Below, one piece after another: positions 35,944 to 47,726 of a DNA stretch of 64,000 nt. Origin of the DNA: Fistulifera solaris. Taxonomy: Eukaryota. The notes beneath the pieces are model-generated. The model was not told the DNA's origin and searched no databases. It saw only the letters and a list, made by a program, of their open reading frames with translations. Each line of letters opens with the position of its first letter. Positions within the stretch are counted from its first letter, which is position 1. The translations under genes and the position numbers were made by a program. The stretch covers positions 372,001-436,000 of the forward strand of contig AP026135.1 in assembly GCA_030295235.1 (NCBI GenBank), written 5' to 3'.

Positions 35944-37338
35944 ATGAAACCGTGGAAATGCTTGTCACGCGCAATTTTCGGGGTGGCGGTTCTTGCGACA
36001 CGCGTCTCCACAACCGTCGGAGGAGGTAAGTTCGCGTTCGTGGGGGTCTATGTCAATCGCGCGTTATTTTAACATTCCTTTTGTCTTTCAGAGGTACAAA
36101 AGTCCTTTCCGATCGCTCAGCATAGCTGCTCGGGGGATCATTCAAATTGCAATTATTTACGGCGAGCCCAAACATCTACATTCGAGGAAGTCTCGGAAAG
36201 CGTCATTGTTGAAGTGAACCTAACAGCGAGTGAGGCGAATATAGTCTCCCCAGCGGATTTTAGTCTCACGATGGGAAGTTTCATACAGTTGTCTATTACC
36301 GATAACGTAAACGTGCTTAATACCCGGGTACGCATTTTGAAGGAGAATAATTTGGGACAAAGAACAGGAGGCAACTATTTGCTTCAGCTCTTTCTTCGCG
36401 TCAATTTTCAATACATTGCGCCACCTTCCGGTGAGGTCATTGACATCACGCGGTGGGTCAAGGATGCGTTTGATACGGCTGCAGAGCGATCTGCCTTTAT
36501 AACGTTGCTGCGTGAAAGGAACAATGGGGATATTCAACAGCTGCAGAACATGAAGCTGGAACGCGACACATCCGTGGCGCCCACGTCAACTTCCTCCGAA
36601 TCGGTAGGGATTGGAACAATAATAGGTATTCTGGGAGGTGTTGTGGTTGGTATTGCGGTTGGGTGTCTCGCTTACTTCGTATGTTGCCGGAAGAAAGCGG
36701 AGGAGGCTAAGATTGTCGATGCTCAATCGACCGACTCAACAAACCGCATGGAAATTGTGATTAACAATACTGGAGGAGATGATGTCAGTACCTTGGGAGA
36801 TCCTTATTGTGGTGCTACCACAGTGAGCAAACTCGATGAACGGACAACTGCTTCGTCGCTCGCGTACGATTACAGTAAGGATATCACCAAGCCGGATCAG
36901 GAGGAGGCCCCGGCACAAGATTGCTTCACGGAAGCAACGCCACAAACAAAATTGAGCATCGGAATGAGCGGTTCCCTTTTAGCAGACGACCAGTCGTTTG
37001 ATGATCAGTATGATGATGAGGAAGAGCTCGATTTCGAAAAGTTTCTGGGTGACGGTATGAATGATCAGCAAGGCACGCAAATAATCAAGGTATTAGTGCC
37101 TCCCGGGAAATTAGGAATTGTTTTGGATGACAAAGACGGTTCCGGACCTTCTATACACGCCATAAAGTCAACGTCACCGCTGTTCGGCCGAGTTCAAGTG
37201 GGAGATTATATCATAAATTTGAACGACGAAAAAATAAGCCATCTGGCTCCTTACGATGTTTCTCGTCTGATCAGCGAAAAATCCGACGAGGATCGTATCC
37301 TCGAATTTCATAGACCGAAGACGTTGGAAGTGCAATGA
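35944..37338 (+). CDS. Type I membrane protein with C-terminal PDZ-like domain
   Basis: Signal-like exon from 35944, intron 36026-36091, TM IIGILGGVVVGIAVGCLAYFV and PDZ-like VPPGKLGIVL...IKSTSPLFGRVQVGDYIINLN. Confidence 0.7.
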
Positions 37339-37527
37339 ATGAATAAGATCTGATTGGTTAAAGTATCTCTTCTATTACATATCTTAGGACAAACTTTGGC
37401 TCATTCCGTACTACAGAAATTCTTTGTGCTTTTCACTTTTGAAAGTCGTTGTTGCACGTTATCCTTCGACAGAAGTATCAAAACTCGCTGAGTCAAAATA
37501 CAGCACGGAATAATTTTCTTTGTCAAT

Positions 37528-38333
37528 CTAAAATCCGATATGAAATATTTTGACGTAAAGAATGATAAAAAGAGCGTTGCACCGACCACCATGGGTCCGT
37601 ATTGTTGTAATCGCGCTTGCAGAGTCAATTTTTGGTCCCCCATTTAAAGTCTTTGGATTTGCTGCGCAAGTCGTTGCTAATATTCGAGACTTGATCCAAC
37701 TTTTCCCCGCGATTCAAAAATCTCGTCAATGTTTTTGCGCATGATGCTCTGAATCTCATTCAAGTCTTCGTTCAACTGCGATCGAGCTTGGGGACGCTGT
37801 TCTCGGTATTCGCGCTGCTTTCGTTGAATGATAGGATCGTAGTGAATGAATTGAAAGGGCCGTGCCGCTTGGTCGACTTGATTTCGCCACTGCAAATGCA
37901 ATTTGAGTGTGTGCCTATGCCCAGCCAGTGAGGATTCCGTTCGCATGCAATACTTACATCATTCCCGTATTCCCGAATCATTTCCTGCAAAATAAGATCC
38001 GCAATTTCTTCCAGGTACAAAAACGCCGAACGCTTCGGAAAACTCTCCTCGCACAACGTCAAAAACAGAGATTATCTCGTGCCATATAATAAAAGCAGTA
38101 ATTGCCGGTAGCAATCGACATTTTGTTCGGAGATCTGCAAGAAAACGTGAGTTGAAAAATAAACAATAACACAAAGGGACCGCACGCACGCACCCCGTGG
38201 TCATACGTTTCATGAGCTGCTGCGCATCTTGTTGATGCTTGCTTGTCACCGGTAAGGTATGCGTTGCGGTCGTGCACGCCACTAATGGCAACGAATCCGA
38301 TGTGCGGGCGACTTGCGTTAAAAGAGGAGGCAT
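37528..38333 (-). CDS. SEC22: Sec22 longin R-SNARE
   Basis: Motifs VARTSDSLPLVA, TLCEESFPKRSAFLYLEEI, ARPFQFIHYD and LNEDLNEIQSIMRKNIDEI, plus a C-terminal TM. Two introns (about 38133-38195 and 37890-37957) and frameshifts. Confidence 0.88.
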
Positions 38334-38755
38334 CGAATTGTTTTGTGAGTAGTAAAATGTTTTCCTTGCTTCCGCACCAGAAATAGGTAAATGGATTCGA
38401 TGCAAATGAACTTCACGTTTTATGCACCGCGTCGTGGAGGGAGTGCCGGATGTACGTCAAACGTACTCTCAAGCGAATATTCGTTATTCTTTCCTAGCTC
38501 AACAGTAGTTTTGTTGTGCGATGCGACACGTTTTTCACGTCCCTTTTACGACACGTGGAGTTCGTCTTACTCGTGACTTGACTTTTGTGGAGGGACCCAC
38601 CTCATTGCATTTTTTACCCCGAGGTGGTGAAAAATTTTACTAGTACATGCTATTCTCAACAAAAGACTTGAATCTATTCCCTTTGATCAGTACCGTCGAC
38701 TAAAACTAGATTTATTGACCCTCTGGCGAACGCAAATACGGGAAGCCTTTGTAAC

Positions 38756-40315
38756 ATGCAGAGAGTATTCTCGATACACACGCTCAGCACCAGTCGATTG
38801 CTCATTTCATTTTTACTTCTCCTCCAGCCATGTTCAGCGGTTCCTTTTCTTAATCGGATACTTCGTATAAGGGCAGGATCGTCTTATCCACATGATGGTC
38901 AGTACTATCCGCCGCCTGATCTACCTCCGTCCTTTCCCGACACTCCGGAACTGCCGCCACCCATCTACGACGAGGAGGATGTTCCTTCCTATCACAACAA
39001 CAACAACAACAATATGCCGCCACCGCCGTTACCTCCACAAGGAGACTTTCCTCGTGACTTTCAGCCACCTCCGCCGCATAGAGATGAGGATTGGGAAAGC
39101 CGGGATGATCTATCCAACACGCCGCAAGACTCGTCCAATGCCATGGATCTTTCGAACTTTGATAAAGAGTTTATTTTGAGGGGACTAGCTCGATTGTATC
39201 GAAAGAAGATTCTTCCTCTGGAACTCGCTTCGCGCTACGGTCATTTCCATTCGCCTCCACTGTCGCCATCCGATTTTGATGCCCCTCCCTTAATCTTGTT
39301 GCTGGGCCAATACAGTGTGGGAAAAACGTCTTTTGTCAAGTATTTACTGGGCCGTGATTTCCCCGGAATTCGCGTGGGGCCCGAGCCGACGACAGATCGC
39401 TTTACGGCCATTCTGTGGGGAGGTCAAGACAAGATCATCCCCGGTGCCGCACTCTGTTCCCAAGCCGACCGTCCTTTTACCGGATTGAATCCGTTTGGGA
39501 ACAACTTCTTGTCGCGGATGGAAGCAGCCGAGTTAGACGCGCCCCTATTGCGGAATGTGACCATTATTGACACTCCGGGCATTCTCTCGGGACAAAAGCA
39601 GCGATCGCGAAACTACGATTACGAAGGTGTCATGAAGTGGTTTGCCGAGCGTGCCGATTTAATCATTGTCATGTTTGATGCGCACAAGTTGGATATTTCG
39701 GATGAATTGAAATCGGTCATGGAACTCATGATCCCCCACTTGGATAAAATACGGATTGTTTTGAACAAGGCCGACAGTATTTCCACACAACAGCTCATGC
39801 GGGTGTACGGCGCCCTCATGTGGTCGTTGGGGAAGGTAATGAATACTCCGGAAGTGTGCCGTGTCTACATGGGAAGCTTCTGGGATGCTCCGTTACAATG
39901 CACCGAGCAGGCGGAACTCTTACAGCGAGAGGAAATGGATTTGTTGCGTGATATCATGATGCTTCCGCAACACGCCGTGATGCGACGAATTAACGAAATG
40001 GTGAAACGGGCTCGTAGTGTGAAAGTGCACGCGTACATAATCCACTATTTGAGGAAACAGTTGCCTCTGACATGGGGAAAACGAGAGAAACAAAAGAGAT
40101 TAATTGGACGGCTCGAATCGGAATTTTTGGCGGCCGCGCGGCGGTACGGGTTGCCGAAAGGAGATTTCCCGGCGCTGGAGCCTATGAGGCAAGCTTTATA
40201 TGAAATCAAGGATTTGAGTGACTTTCCCAAGTTGGACAAGAAACTAGTACGAGAAATGGACAAAGTTTTTTCGCAAGACATTCCTGAACTCCTGGAGCGC
40301 GCCAAGAACCATTAA
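38756..40315 (+). CDS. EHD/RME-1-family dynamin-like ATPase lacking an EH domain, with signal peptide and Pro-rich N-region
   Basis: Motifs GQYSVGKTSF, GPEPTTDRF, IIDTPGILSG, FDAHKLDISDE and LNKAD...QQLMRVYGALMWSLGKV. Intact single ORF. Confidence 0.9.
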   Translation: MQRVFSIHTLSTSRLLISFLLLLQPCSAVPFLNRILRIRAGSSYPHDGQYYPPPDLPPSFPDTPELPPPIYDEEDVPSYHNNNNNNMPPPPLPPQGDFPRDFQPPPPHRDEDWESRDDLSNTPQDSSNAMDLSNFDKEFILRGLARLYRKKILPLELASRYGHFHSPPLSPSDFDAPPLILLLGQYSVGKTSFVKYLLGRDFPGIRVGPEPTTDRFTAILWGGQDKIIPGAALCSQADRPFTGLNPFGNNFLSRMEAAELDAPLLRNVTIIDTPGILSGQKQRSRNYDYEGVMKWFAERADLIIVMFDAHKLDISDELKSVMELMIPHLDKIRIVLNKADSISTQQLMRVYGALMWSLGKVMNTPEVCRVYMGSFWDAPLQCTEQAELLQREEMDLLRDIMMLPQHAVMRRINEMVKRARSVKVHAYIIHYLRKQLPLTWGKREKQKRLIGRLESEFLAAARRYGLPKGDFPALEPMRQALYEIKDLSDFPKLDKKLVREMDKVFSQDIPELLERAKNH

Positions 40316-40394
40316 CTTAAAACCACAGAAAACGCAAACATGTTAAAAAGAGACATCGTGTGCTTCTCGTTTTTCAATAGAATACTAATCCAAT

Positions 40395-40740
40395 TTAACC
40401 AGACTTGGCCACCGATGTGGCGGGTTCGCTGGAGATCGTGAATTCCGCTGGTTTCACCATGCTCGTCAATTCGTAGACGACCGGCTTTCGGTTAATGTCG
40501 GCCGGGCTGGACTTTTTCGGACGCTTGGACTTGGCCCATTTCGCACCCTTATCGTTGGCGTGCTTGGCAAAGCAGATTGTTCTGAAAGTAATAGAGACAA
40601 GAAGTTGAGTCTTGATAAAGCGTGACTGACTGAGAACGCAACGACACGTACCGAGATCGATCGGAAACAACGCCGAACGGAGCGAATGCCGCAGCATTAG
40701 CAATCAGAAGAGCAAGGAGAAAGGAAATAATTTGCATCAT
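40395..40740 (-). CDS. Small plastid protein resembling plastid-specific ribosomal protein PSRP6
   Basis: Signal MMQIISFLLALLIANAAA-FAP; GT-AG intron 40582-40651 keeps the frame; basic motif KRPKKSSPADINRKPVVY. Confidence 0.65.
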
Positions 40741-41123
40741 TGCTGGTGAATATCGAAGACAAAGAGGATGTCGTTGCTTGTTGCCGATAGGAAGGAAGAT
40801 GATGAGTTTTTTGTTCGGTTGCAGCAAAGCGTTGATGTGTGGCGTGCAATTGCCGTTTTCGCCGAGTACTGACTACCGTACGGTAGCTGGTCCAAAACGG
40901 TACTCAGTCTACTCTGTGTTTCATACAAGAAAGAATATGGAAGTACGTCATAGAAGCCCCGACGCCTTGCAGACAGACGAAGTGCCCATCAACGCTGACC
41001 GCTAAACATAACAACAGCAACCAGAAAAAGTTGACTGACACATCGATTTGCGATTCTGGGTTGCTGTTACCTTGTGCAAGCGAAAGTAATCATCTGATTT
41101 TTCTATTGTATTTCATATCAAGC

Positions 41124-42313
41124 ATGCACTTCTCAACAACTGCTGTTTCTGCCTTCCTTTTTCGGTTGGGTCCGTGTCAGCCTTCTCTCCCGCTCCTGCT
41201 TCGGGTAAGTTCTCTTGTCAGCGTTCCGTTACGAAAAAGCACTTTATATCGTCTGTTTCGCACCAAAAACCCTGTTTTTACTCGCGTCACAAACGCTGCT
41301 TTCTCTAATTATCCCAATTTCATTTTTCATTAAGGTTTCGTTGCTAGCCGAGTATCCTCTGGAGTGTCTCCAGCCGTCGCCGATGTCGTGGCTTCCCATG
41401 CCTCGGGATGCGTTTGTGCGGCTTGCTCTCGTCGCAAGACTATGATTCTCTTTGCCGATGTTGCAGAAGTCCCTGGAGAAGTCGCTGCCATGGATGGTAT
41501 TGAAAGCGAGGACGAAGCGCACAACGCGGAACGCCCCGCTCGAAAATCATTGAAAAGAAAGGTCCGCAGGGCAAGCCACTCAGTGAGTACAAGGTAGGCG
41601 ATACGGTGAAAGGACGAGTCAAGACGATTGCCAGCTACGGCGCTTTCATTGATATCGGTGCCCAGACGGATGGCCTTTTGCACATCTCCCAGCTCTCGGT
41701 TGGTTTCGTCAAGGACGTCAAGGAGATTCTCGAACTCAACTCGGAAATTGATGTCCGCATCACCAATATTGACGAGAAGAAGAACCAAGTGGCTCTGTCT
41801 CTTCTTTCGGCCGAACAAGCCGAAGAAGCCAAGGCACAAGCCCCGGCTCCTCCTCAGCAAAAGGAACGACAGCAGAGACAGCAACGATCGGACGATAGTG
41901 CCGTCGTCAATGGCTTGAAGGAGAAGGGTTGGGATCAAAACAAATTTGTGGAGGGTACCGTAGTCAGCACCGTCGATTTTGGAGCGTTTGTTCGAATTAA
42001 TGCCGCGGACTTGAACCCAGAAGTGGAAGGAGAACTAGACGGTTTGGTGCACATTTCGGCCTTGTCGGTGGGACGCGTCAGCTCGGTAGATAGCGCGGTC
42101 AAGGTCAACGAGAAAGTACAAGTCCGTGTCAAGGAAATTGCCAACCGAAAAGTATCATTGACAATGGTTTCGGCAGAGGACGAAGAGACCATCTCGGAGG
42201 CAAAGGCAATCAAGGACGTTGGTCCTGGAAACGCCAACTGGAAGGAAGACTCTGCCAAAATCCAAATGCCAACATTCAAGAATGGTCCAGTTGTGATGGA
42301 CCTTCGTAAATAG
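41124..42313 (+). CDS. Plastid two-S1-domain RNA-binding protein (ribosomal S1 / PSRP7-like)
   Basis: Signal ...SVSA-FSP, intron from about 41205, S1 motifs VKGRVKTIASYGAFIDIG..DGLLHISQL and VEGTVVSTVDFGAFV..DGLVHISAL. Frameshifts near 41160 and 41555. Confidence 0.82.
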
Positions 42314-42417
42314 ACATTCTATGAAACAATAATGCTTCTTTAATGAAAGTTATTCTTCTATTTCCGTTGCTGATCAATGCCTCAGAAATGCGAAAGTTCA
42401 AAATTGTAAATACCCAG

Positions 42418-45400
42418 TTATTCGTCGTCCATGAAGGCGATCTGCTGCAACACCCGTCTTTCGTCGGGATCAGTGAGAATTTGCGCCTCACCGGTGAGTC
42501 GGGAGAATATCCCGGCACTCTTTGGTTTTGCCTCGGCGCCTTGTTCGAGACGGCGGCTGATTATAGCAAAGAATTCCGGATAAATCCTATCAAATCCATT
42601 ATCTTCGCAAACCTCTTTACTCACGGTCCACACTTCTTCAGCTTGATCGGTCTTGCCTTTGTGATGGTGGAGTTCTCCGAGAAGAAAAACAGCCATTGCG
42701 TAGTCTATGGTTTCACTTGTATCTTCGTCTTCTTGTAATTCGCATACTCGGACGAACTCGTTTAAATGAACCAGAGCCTCATCAACATGATTCAACAGAA
42801 AATGAACGAGGCCGAGACTCCTCGAAGTGTTTCCAGTTAAAATGTGATCTCTACCGAATCGTTCCAACCTGGTCTCGCGGAACTTGTTAAACATGCTAAG
42901 ACTGTCCTCAAAATCGCCTTTGCCGACCATTGCGTGTCCCTTTGCATTCTCGATTCTCTTTGCCATTTCAGAATTTTTGTCGATCAACTCTAGACCTTTC
43001 TCATAGACGCTGATAGCGCTGTCGTACTCCAGCTGCATTCGATAGAGATTACCAATTTCAAATAATGTGAGACATGTTTCTTCGGCTTTATCGTAACCTT
43101 TTCGAACTTCTAGTGCGCTCGTCAGATACTCTAGAGCAAGATTCCGATCGCGGCGCCTTCTTGCCAAGACACCGAGGAAATGAGAAGTTTCTGCTATCAA
43201 TGAATCTTGGTTATGAACTTTACGGATAGCGTACGCTTTCGTAAAGTTACCCTCGGCTTCATCAACTGCATGTCGTTTTAGCTCAATTTCTCCGATCCGC
43301 TGATACGCTTTCGCGATTTCATGATGATCAGAGGATCTAGTGTTTTCGACGACTTTGATAAACTGTGTGAACGCTTGAATCGCCTCATCTAATTCGCCCT
43401 TCTGCTCGAGAACGTCGCCTATCGCATAAATGATATCGGCCATCCTGTCCGTATCTTCGCCATGGACTCGCTGCAGTATTTCGCGGACCTTGTCATACAC
43501 AGCAATCGCCTCATCGTATGCTTTCAGCGAGCAATGAACATTTCCAATCGCCTTCAATCTATCAACGACAAAAAGACTGTCCCCAAAATGTGTGATTTGA
43601 ATTTCAAGAGCATTTTCCAAAAACGTTATACCTTCATTCGATTTCCCCATTTCTATGAAAGAATGTGCTAGATCTGTGAATCCGGCTGCACGCTCCAGTG
43701 ATATCGGGCGCTCGTCAGTGAGGACAATGCTAGCTTTCAGCAACTCGACAGATTTTTCAGTTTCCCCTCTTATGAAGAACGTCCTTGCCATGAAACGAAG
43801 GTCATATGCAGACTTGTCGAGTAGCAGAGTTGGAGACTTCTTGATCAAATCAACAGCGACCCTGAACGCCTCGGAGCTGGAGTAGTAGTCTCCTCGAAGA
43901 AAATGAAGCTTTCCTTTCAAAAGTTGAATTTCATGGTCAACGTCATCGACATTTAGGTAGCTTAGAATGTCGATGGCTGCTTCGAAGCGCTCCTTGGCAT
44001 CTTCAGCCCGGTCAAGTTCTATAAAAACATCCCCTAGGCATGTATACGCGGATACCAAATCGAGACTTTTCTCGCTCGTCTTCTCTTTCATTTGTAAACA
44101 CTCAAGAAAAAGAGTTTGTGCGTTCTCAAAATCACCCAGTATTGAGAAAAGCTGTGCTTGTCTAAGCAATATCGAACTTAGTTCCAGCTTCCAATTATTC
44201 GGATCCGCTCGAAGCTTGTCGCAGATGACATTGTAAAATTGGGCAGCCTCAGTGTAGTGGCATGCAGCCACCAGTGCCGACGAAACCAGCTGTAACATAT
44301 CCGGGTAGAGAACGTGAAGATCAGATCCTTGCTCCATGATTGAGTGGCAGGTCTTCGCTTTTTGCAGTCCAATATCTGCTTGATTTAGATTTAAATGACA
44401 AAAACTTTCCCCGTAAAGGGATGTTGCCACGATGGCGTCAGAGACGTCCATATCCTGAACTTCCTCAAAGTAACCAGCAGCGATTTCAAAGAATTTCAGT
44501 CCGGTCAGCAAAAAGCCAATCCTGTTGCATATCTGCGCAATTACTTGACTGGCATGTTCGACACTATCAAAACTTTTCCCTGCCAGTTCCTTCACCATAT
44601 CGACTGTGCGTCTAAAAACTAATGTTACTCCACCAACCAGCTCATCCCTGAAACGCTCTTGTAAGGCAACACAATCCAGCATCTGGGTATTCATCGCCTT
44701 GTCCCATCCGAGAGTATCGACGCGGGCTCTAAGGAACTGCTCGTCGGTAAGAATCTTCTCCGCTGTGGTGAGCATGTTTCCTTTTAACATATGTTCAGGA
44801 AGTCGTCGCAGGGCGTACTCCAAGCTACCCGATTTGGCTTCTTTCATGTTTACCTGAATTCTACGCGTAATAAAAGTTGTGGCGAATGCCTCATTCCATT
44901 TAGTTGTGGTCACTTCAAACGAAGCCTCCAAAAACATTTCTCTAGCCATCAAAGTTGCGAATTCTCCATACAACTTATGGTGTATTTGGACCCAAGGGTT
45001 TCTTTCCTCGTCGTCGAAAACATGAATCACACCCATGTGTATCAAACCTTCTGCAATAAGCCAGGCAAGTTTCGGTATGCCGGATTGTGAGATGCCGGTG
45101 TTTTGAAGTTCCTCTCTCGCAAGAGGCTCGGTCGCAAGAATGTGTTCCCAGAGAAGCAATACAGCGTCCAGGGGAACACGGTGAGGAAAAAACAACTTCG
45201 AGCGCTGCTAAGCACAGGACGAAAACCACCGATGTTATGTTTGTATTGCTTGTCGTAGGACCCATCATGAGACTTAAGACGTCAAAGACAAACATGTTTG
45301 GGTCCATCTCTTCGTGTTCGTCTTCGCTTGTCTCCCTTCGTTCTGATTGAGCCAAGCTCTCCATGTCAAGCAGAATCTCTTCTATTGCTTTTTGGTGACC

Positions 45401-46753
45401 AGCCGTAACCTGTTTTAAATGAAACCATCTTGCCACAGATCGCACGGTCAGAGGATTGAATTCGCACCTTGTCACAATTTCTTTCACTTCAGCTGTAGTT
45501 CCCATAATATGGTCTACAGGGAGACTAGCTTCCGCAAGGAAAAGCTCGATTGCTTCCCCTTCATCCAAGATATCGAGCTGAACTGGCCAGTCAACCCCAT
45601 CGATCTCTTTATGCGAAGTAGTCAGTATGATGGACTGACTGTCACTAAATCTAAACCACTTGATCCATCTGGAGTCGATTAGATCATCAAGTATCAGCAA
45701 AACACTCAATTCTTCGCGCTCGACATATTCTGCCATGATTTTGCGAGCTTGACTCATCAGCGATTGCTCTCTAACTTGTTTGAGTCCCCATTCTTCGATA
45801 CGGTCCACAGGTTCTGGCCATCCGAGATTGACGGACATTTGCTCGCTTAAAGAGGACAAGTACTCGATATATTTCGCGTAAGTCATTTCGTCTTTGTCTA
45901 GATTCAACCAAAGCACAGTGAACACTCGCAAAATCGACGGGTTGCTCGCCACTTGGGCGGCGAGCGTTGTCTTCCCCAGCCCATCTTTGGTCGACCAAAT
46001 CGAGATACAAACTCCCGCTTCATCTTTGAGACGATCCAGTACCTGATTCACGGAATCATGTCGCGGTCGTGGTTGACCTCCACGAATTTTCCAAAACACT
46101 TCGCGTTGTAACAGAGTCGGGGCATCCGAATAATTGGTAGTCAACTTTTTGACGTCGAACGAACAGGCATCCAACAGTCCGCTACTACTTGGCACCCACG
46201 ACAGCGATACCAGAACACGATAGGCCCGTCTCCGAAAACTTGCCGGGGCTATCTTAGAATCTGGCACTTCGTGTTGAAGCCGTTCCCATAATTGCCCAAT
46301 GTCGTTCGAAAGGACCCAATCGTCGGAATAGGATAATAAGACTTCGAGCAGAGTGACAAAGCGACAAGAAACATCCCGATCCGAGTGTTCAATCGTCTGC
46401 GTCAGCAAGTCGACCAGCGTGATCAGGCGACGATATTCTGATTTCTGAATATCTTCTACATCGAGAAACGCGCGCTCAAGTGAGGTCACGTGCTCGATGA
46501 AAAGAGCGCGGTGTTTCATCTGCTGCACGAGTTTTCGCCACGCATCGATGACGTTTAGACGTGTTTCTTCTCGTCGTTTGGAATTCTCCTTCAAATCATG
46601 AACGGATAACGCGGTGGGAAGACTTTGACCGCGTATCGTTAATAAAGCAATTTCCTGTTGATAAGCATCCTCGACGAGTTTATCGAATTCGATCAAGTTC
46701 TCGGGAAGTTTTGTTTCCTCTTGGAGATCGGCGACTGAGGACATCTCTGACAT
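42418..46753 (-). CDS. NB-ARC (STAND NTPase)-TPR protein, ~1440 aa
   Basis: P-loop GLGKTTLAAQV, Walker B LLILDDL, SIILTT, CEFNPLTV (GLPL-like) and a long TPR array. ORFs 44975..46753 and 42418..45195 join by a frameshift at the A6 run at 45187-45192. Confidence 0.8.
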
Positions 46754-47151
46754 CCCAACAATGTAACAGCGGATCCGTCTATTTCTCTATTTATACGCTT
46801 TGACGATGATCACCATGGCAGAATCGAGGATGTGAAGACAACAACAAATAATAATCTGTTTCGCATCTGCAAACCGCACTTTTTTCGTTAAGGTTAAGGG
46901 AAAAGTCCTCATCCGTGAGACAATTTTTTTCACTCGTGTTTGGCCCTTGTCCTTTTACAAAAAGACATTATACTTATTTGAAGGAATGCGGAACGTCTTT
47001 GTTCATAAAACATTGAAAGACGTCCTCGTTCTTTTTTTTACGGAGCAACACGCGATGATGCTCGCAGAAAGAGTGGCAGCCACATTAACATCAAAAGCGA
47101 CTATCAATCCCTCGCTAATTCAATAATTTAAGAAATAAAAGGACGCGAAAC

Positions 47152-47592
47152 ATGAGTTGGCTCTCCGGTGGACAGCAACAACAAGGGCCGGACCCGGTAC
47201 AAGCTGCGAAAGTTGAGATGGAAATGTACACAGGTACGAGATGCTTATTTTTTCTGGAACAGTCGAGGCCGCTATACGTCACTCTCACTTTTCCTGCAGA
47301 TCTGTTCAATAAGATTGCTTCTTCCTGCTTCACGAAGTGTGCCGCTCGGCGTCATCGCGATCCGGATATTACATTGGGGGAAATGACGTGTACCGTAAGT
47401 AGTACAGCCTTGATCGCTTCCTCGTGTCGTTGGCTTATTCTAGCTCTCAACTCATGTTTTGCCCCGCAGGACCGATGCGTTTCCAAATATTTGGAGACTC
47501 AGCAACGTGTCGGAGTCATTCTACAAAAGGCGAACGAGGCACAATTAGAACAACAGCAAAATATGGCTCAAATGCAGCAGCGACTCGGATAA
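47152..47592 (+). CDS. TIM10: Mitochondrial small Tim chaperone Tim10
   Basis: Spliced product EMEMYTDLFNKIASSCFTKC...GEMTCTDRCVSKYLE has twin CX3C motifs. Introns 47234-47299 and 47395-47469. Confidence 0.92.
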   Translation: MSWLSGGQQQQGPDPVQAAKVEMEMYTGTRCLFFLEQSRPLYVTLTFPADLFNKIASSCFTKCAARRHRDPDITLGEMTCTVSSTALIASSCRWLILALNSCFAPQDRCVSKYLETQQRVGVILQKANEAQLEQQQNMAQMQQRLG

Positions 47593-47726
47593 TTTTTATA
47601 GTGTTTCCACTCGAGAGATAAAAATGTGTGCCTTGTGAAATATAATAGCCTTTACATGCATCCAAGCAATATTGTTTACAGACTTTATAGTGCTTATGAA
47701 TGAATAATTAGTTACAGTAGTTTGTT

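Noticed and set aside
38588..38620. Short inverted repeat CCACCTC...GAGGTGG between Sec22 and the EHD-like gene
   Set aside because: A 7-bp stem is expected by chance, and there are no tRNA or snRNA hallmarks.
41330..42279. Long antisense ORFs opposite the S1-domain gene (also opposite Sec6 and VPS13)
   Set aside because: These are shadow ORFs caused by codon bias of the sense gene.
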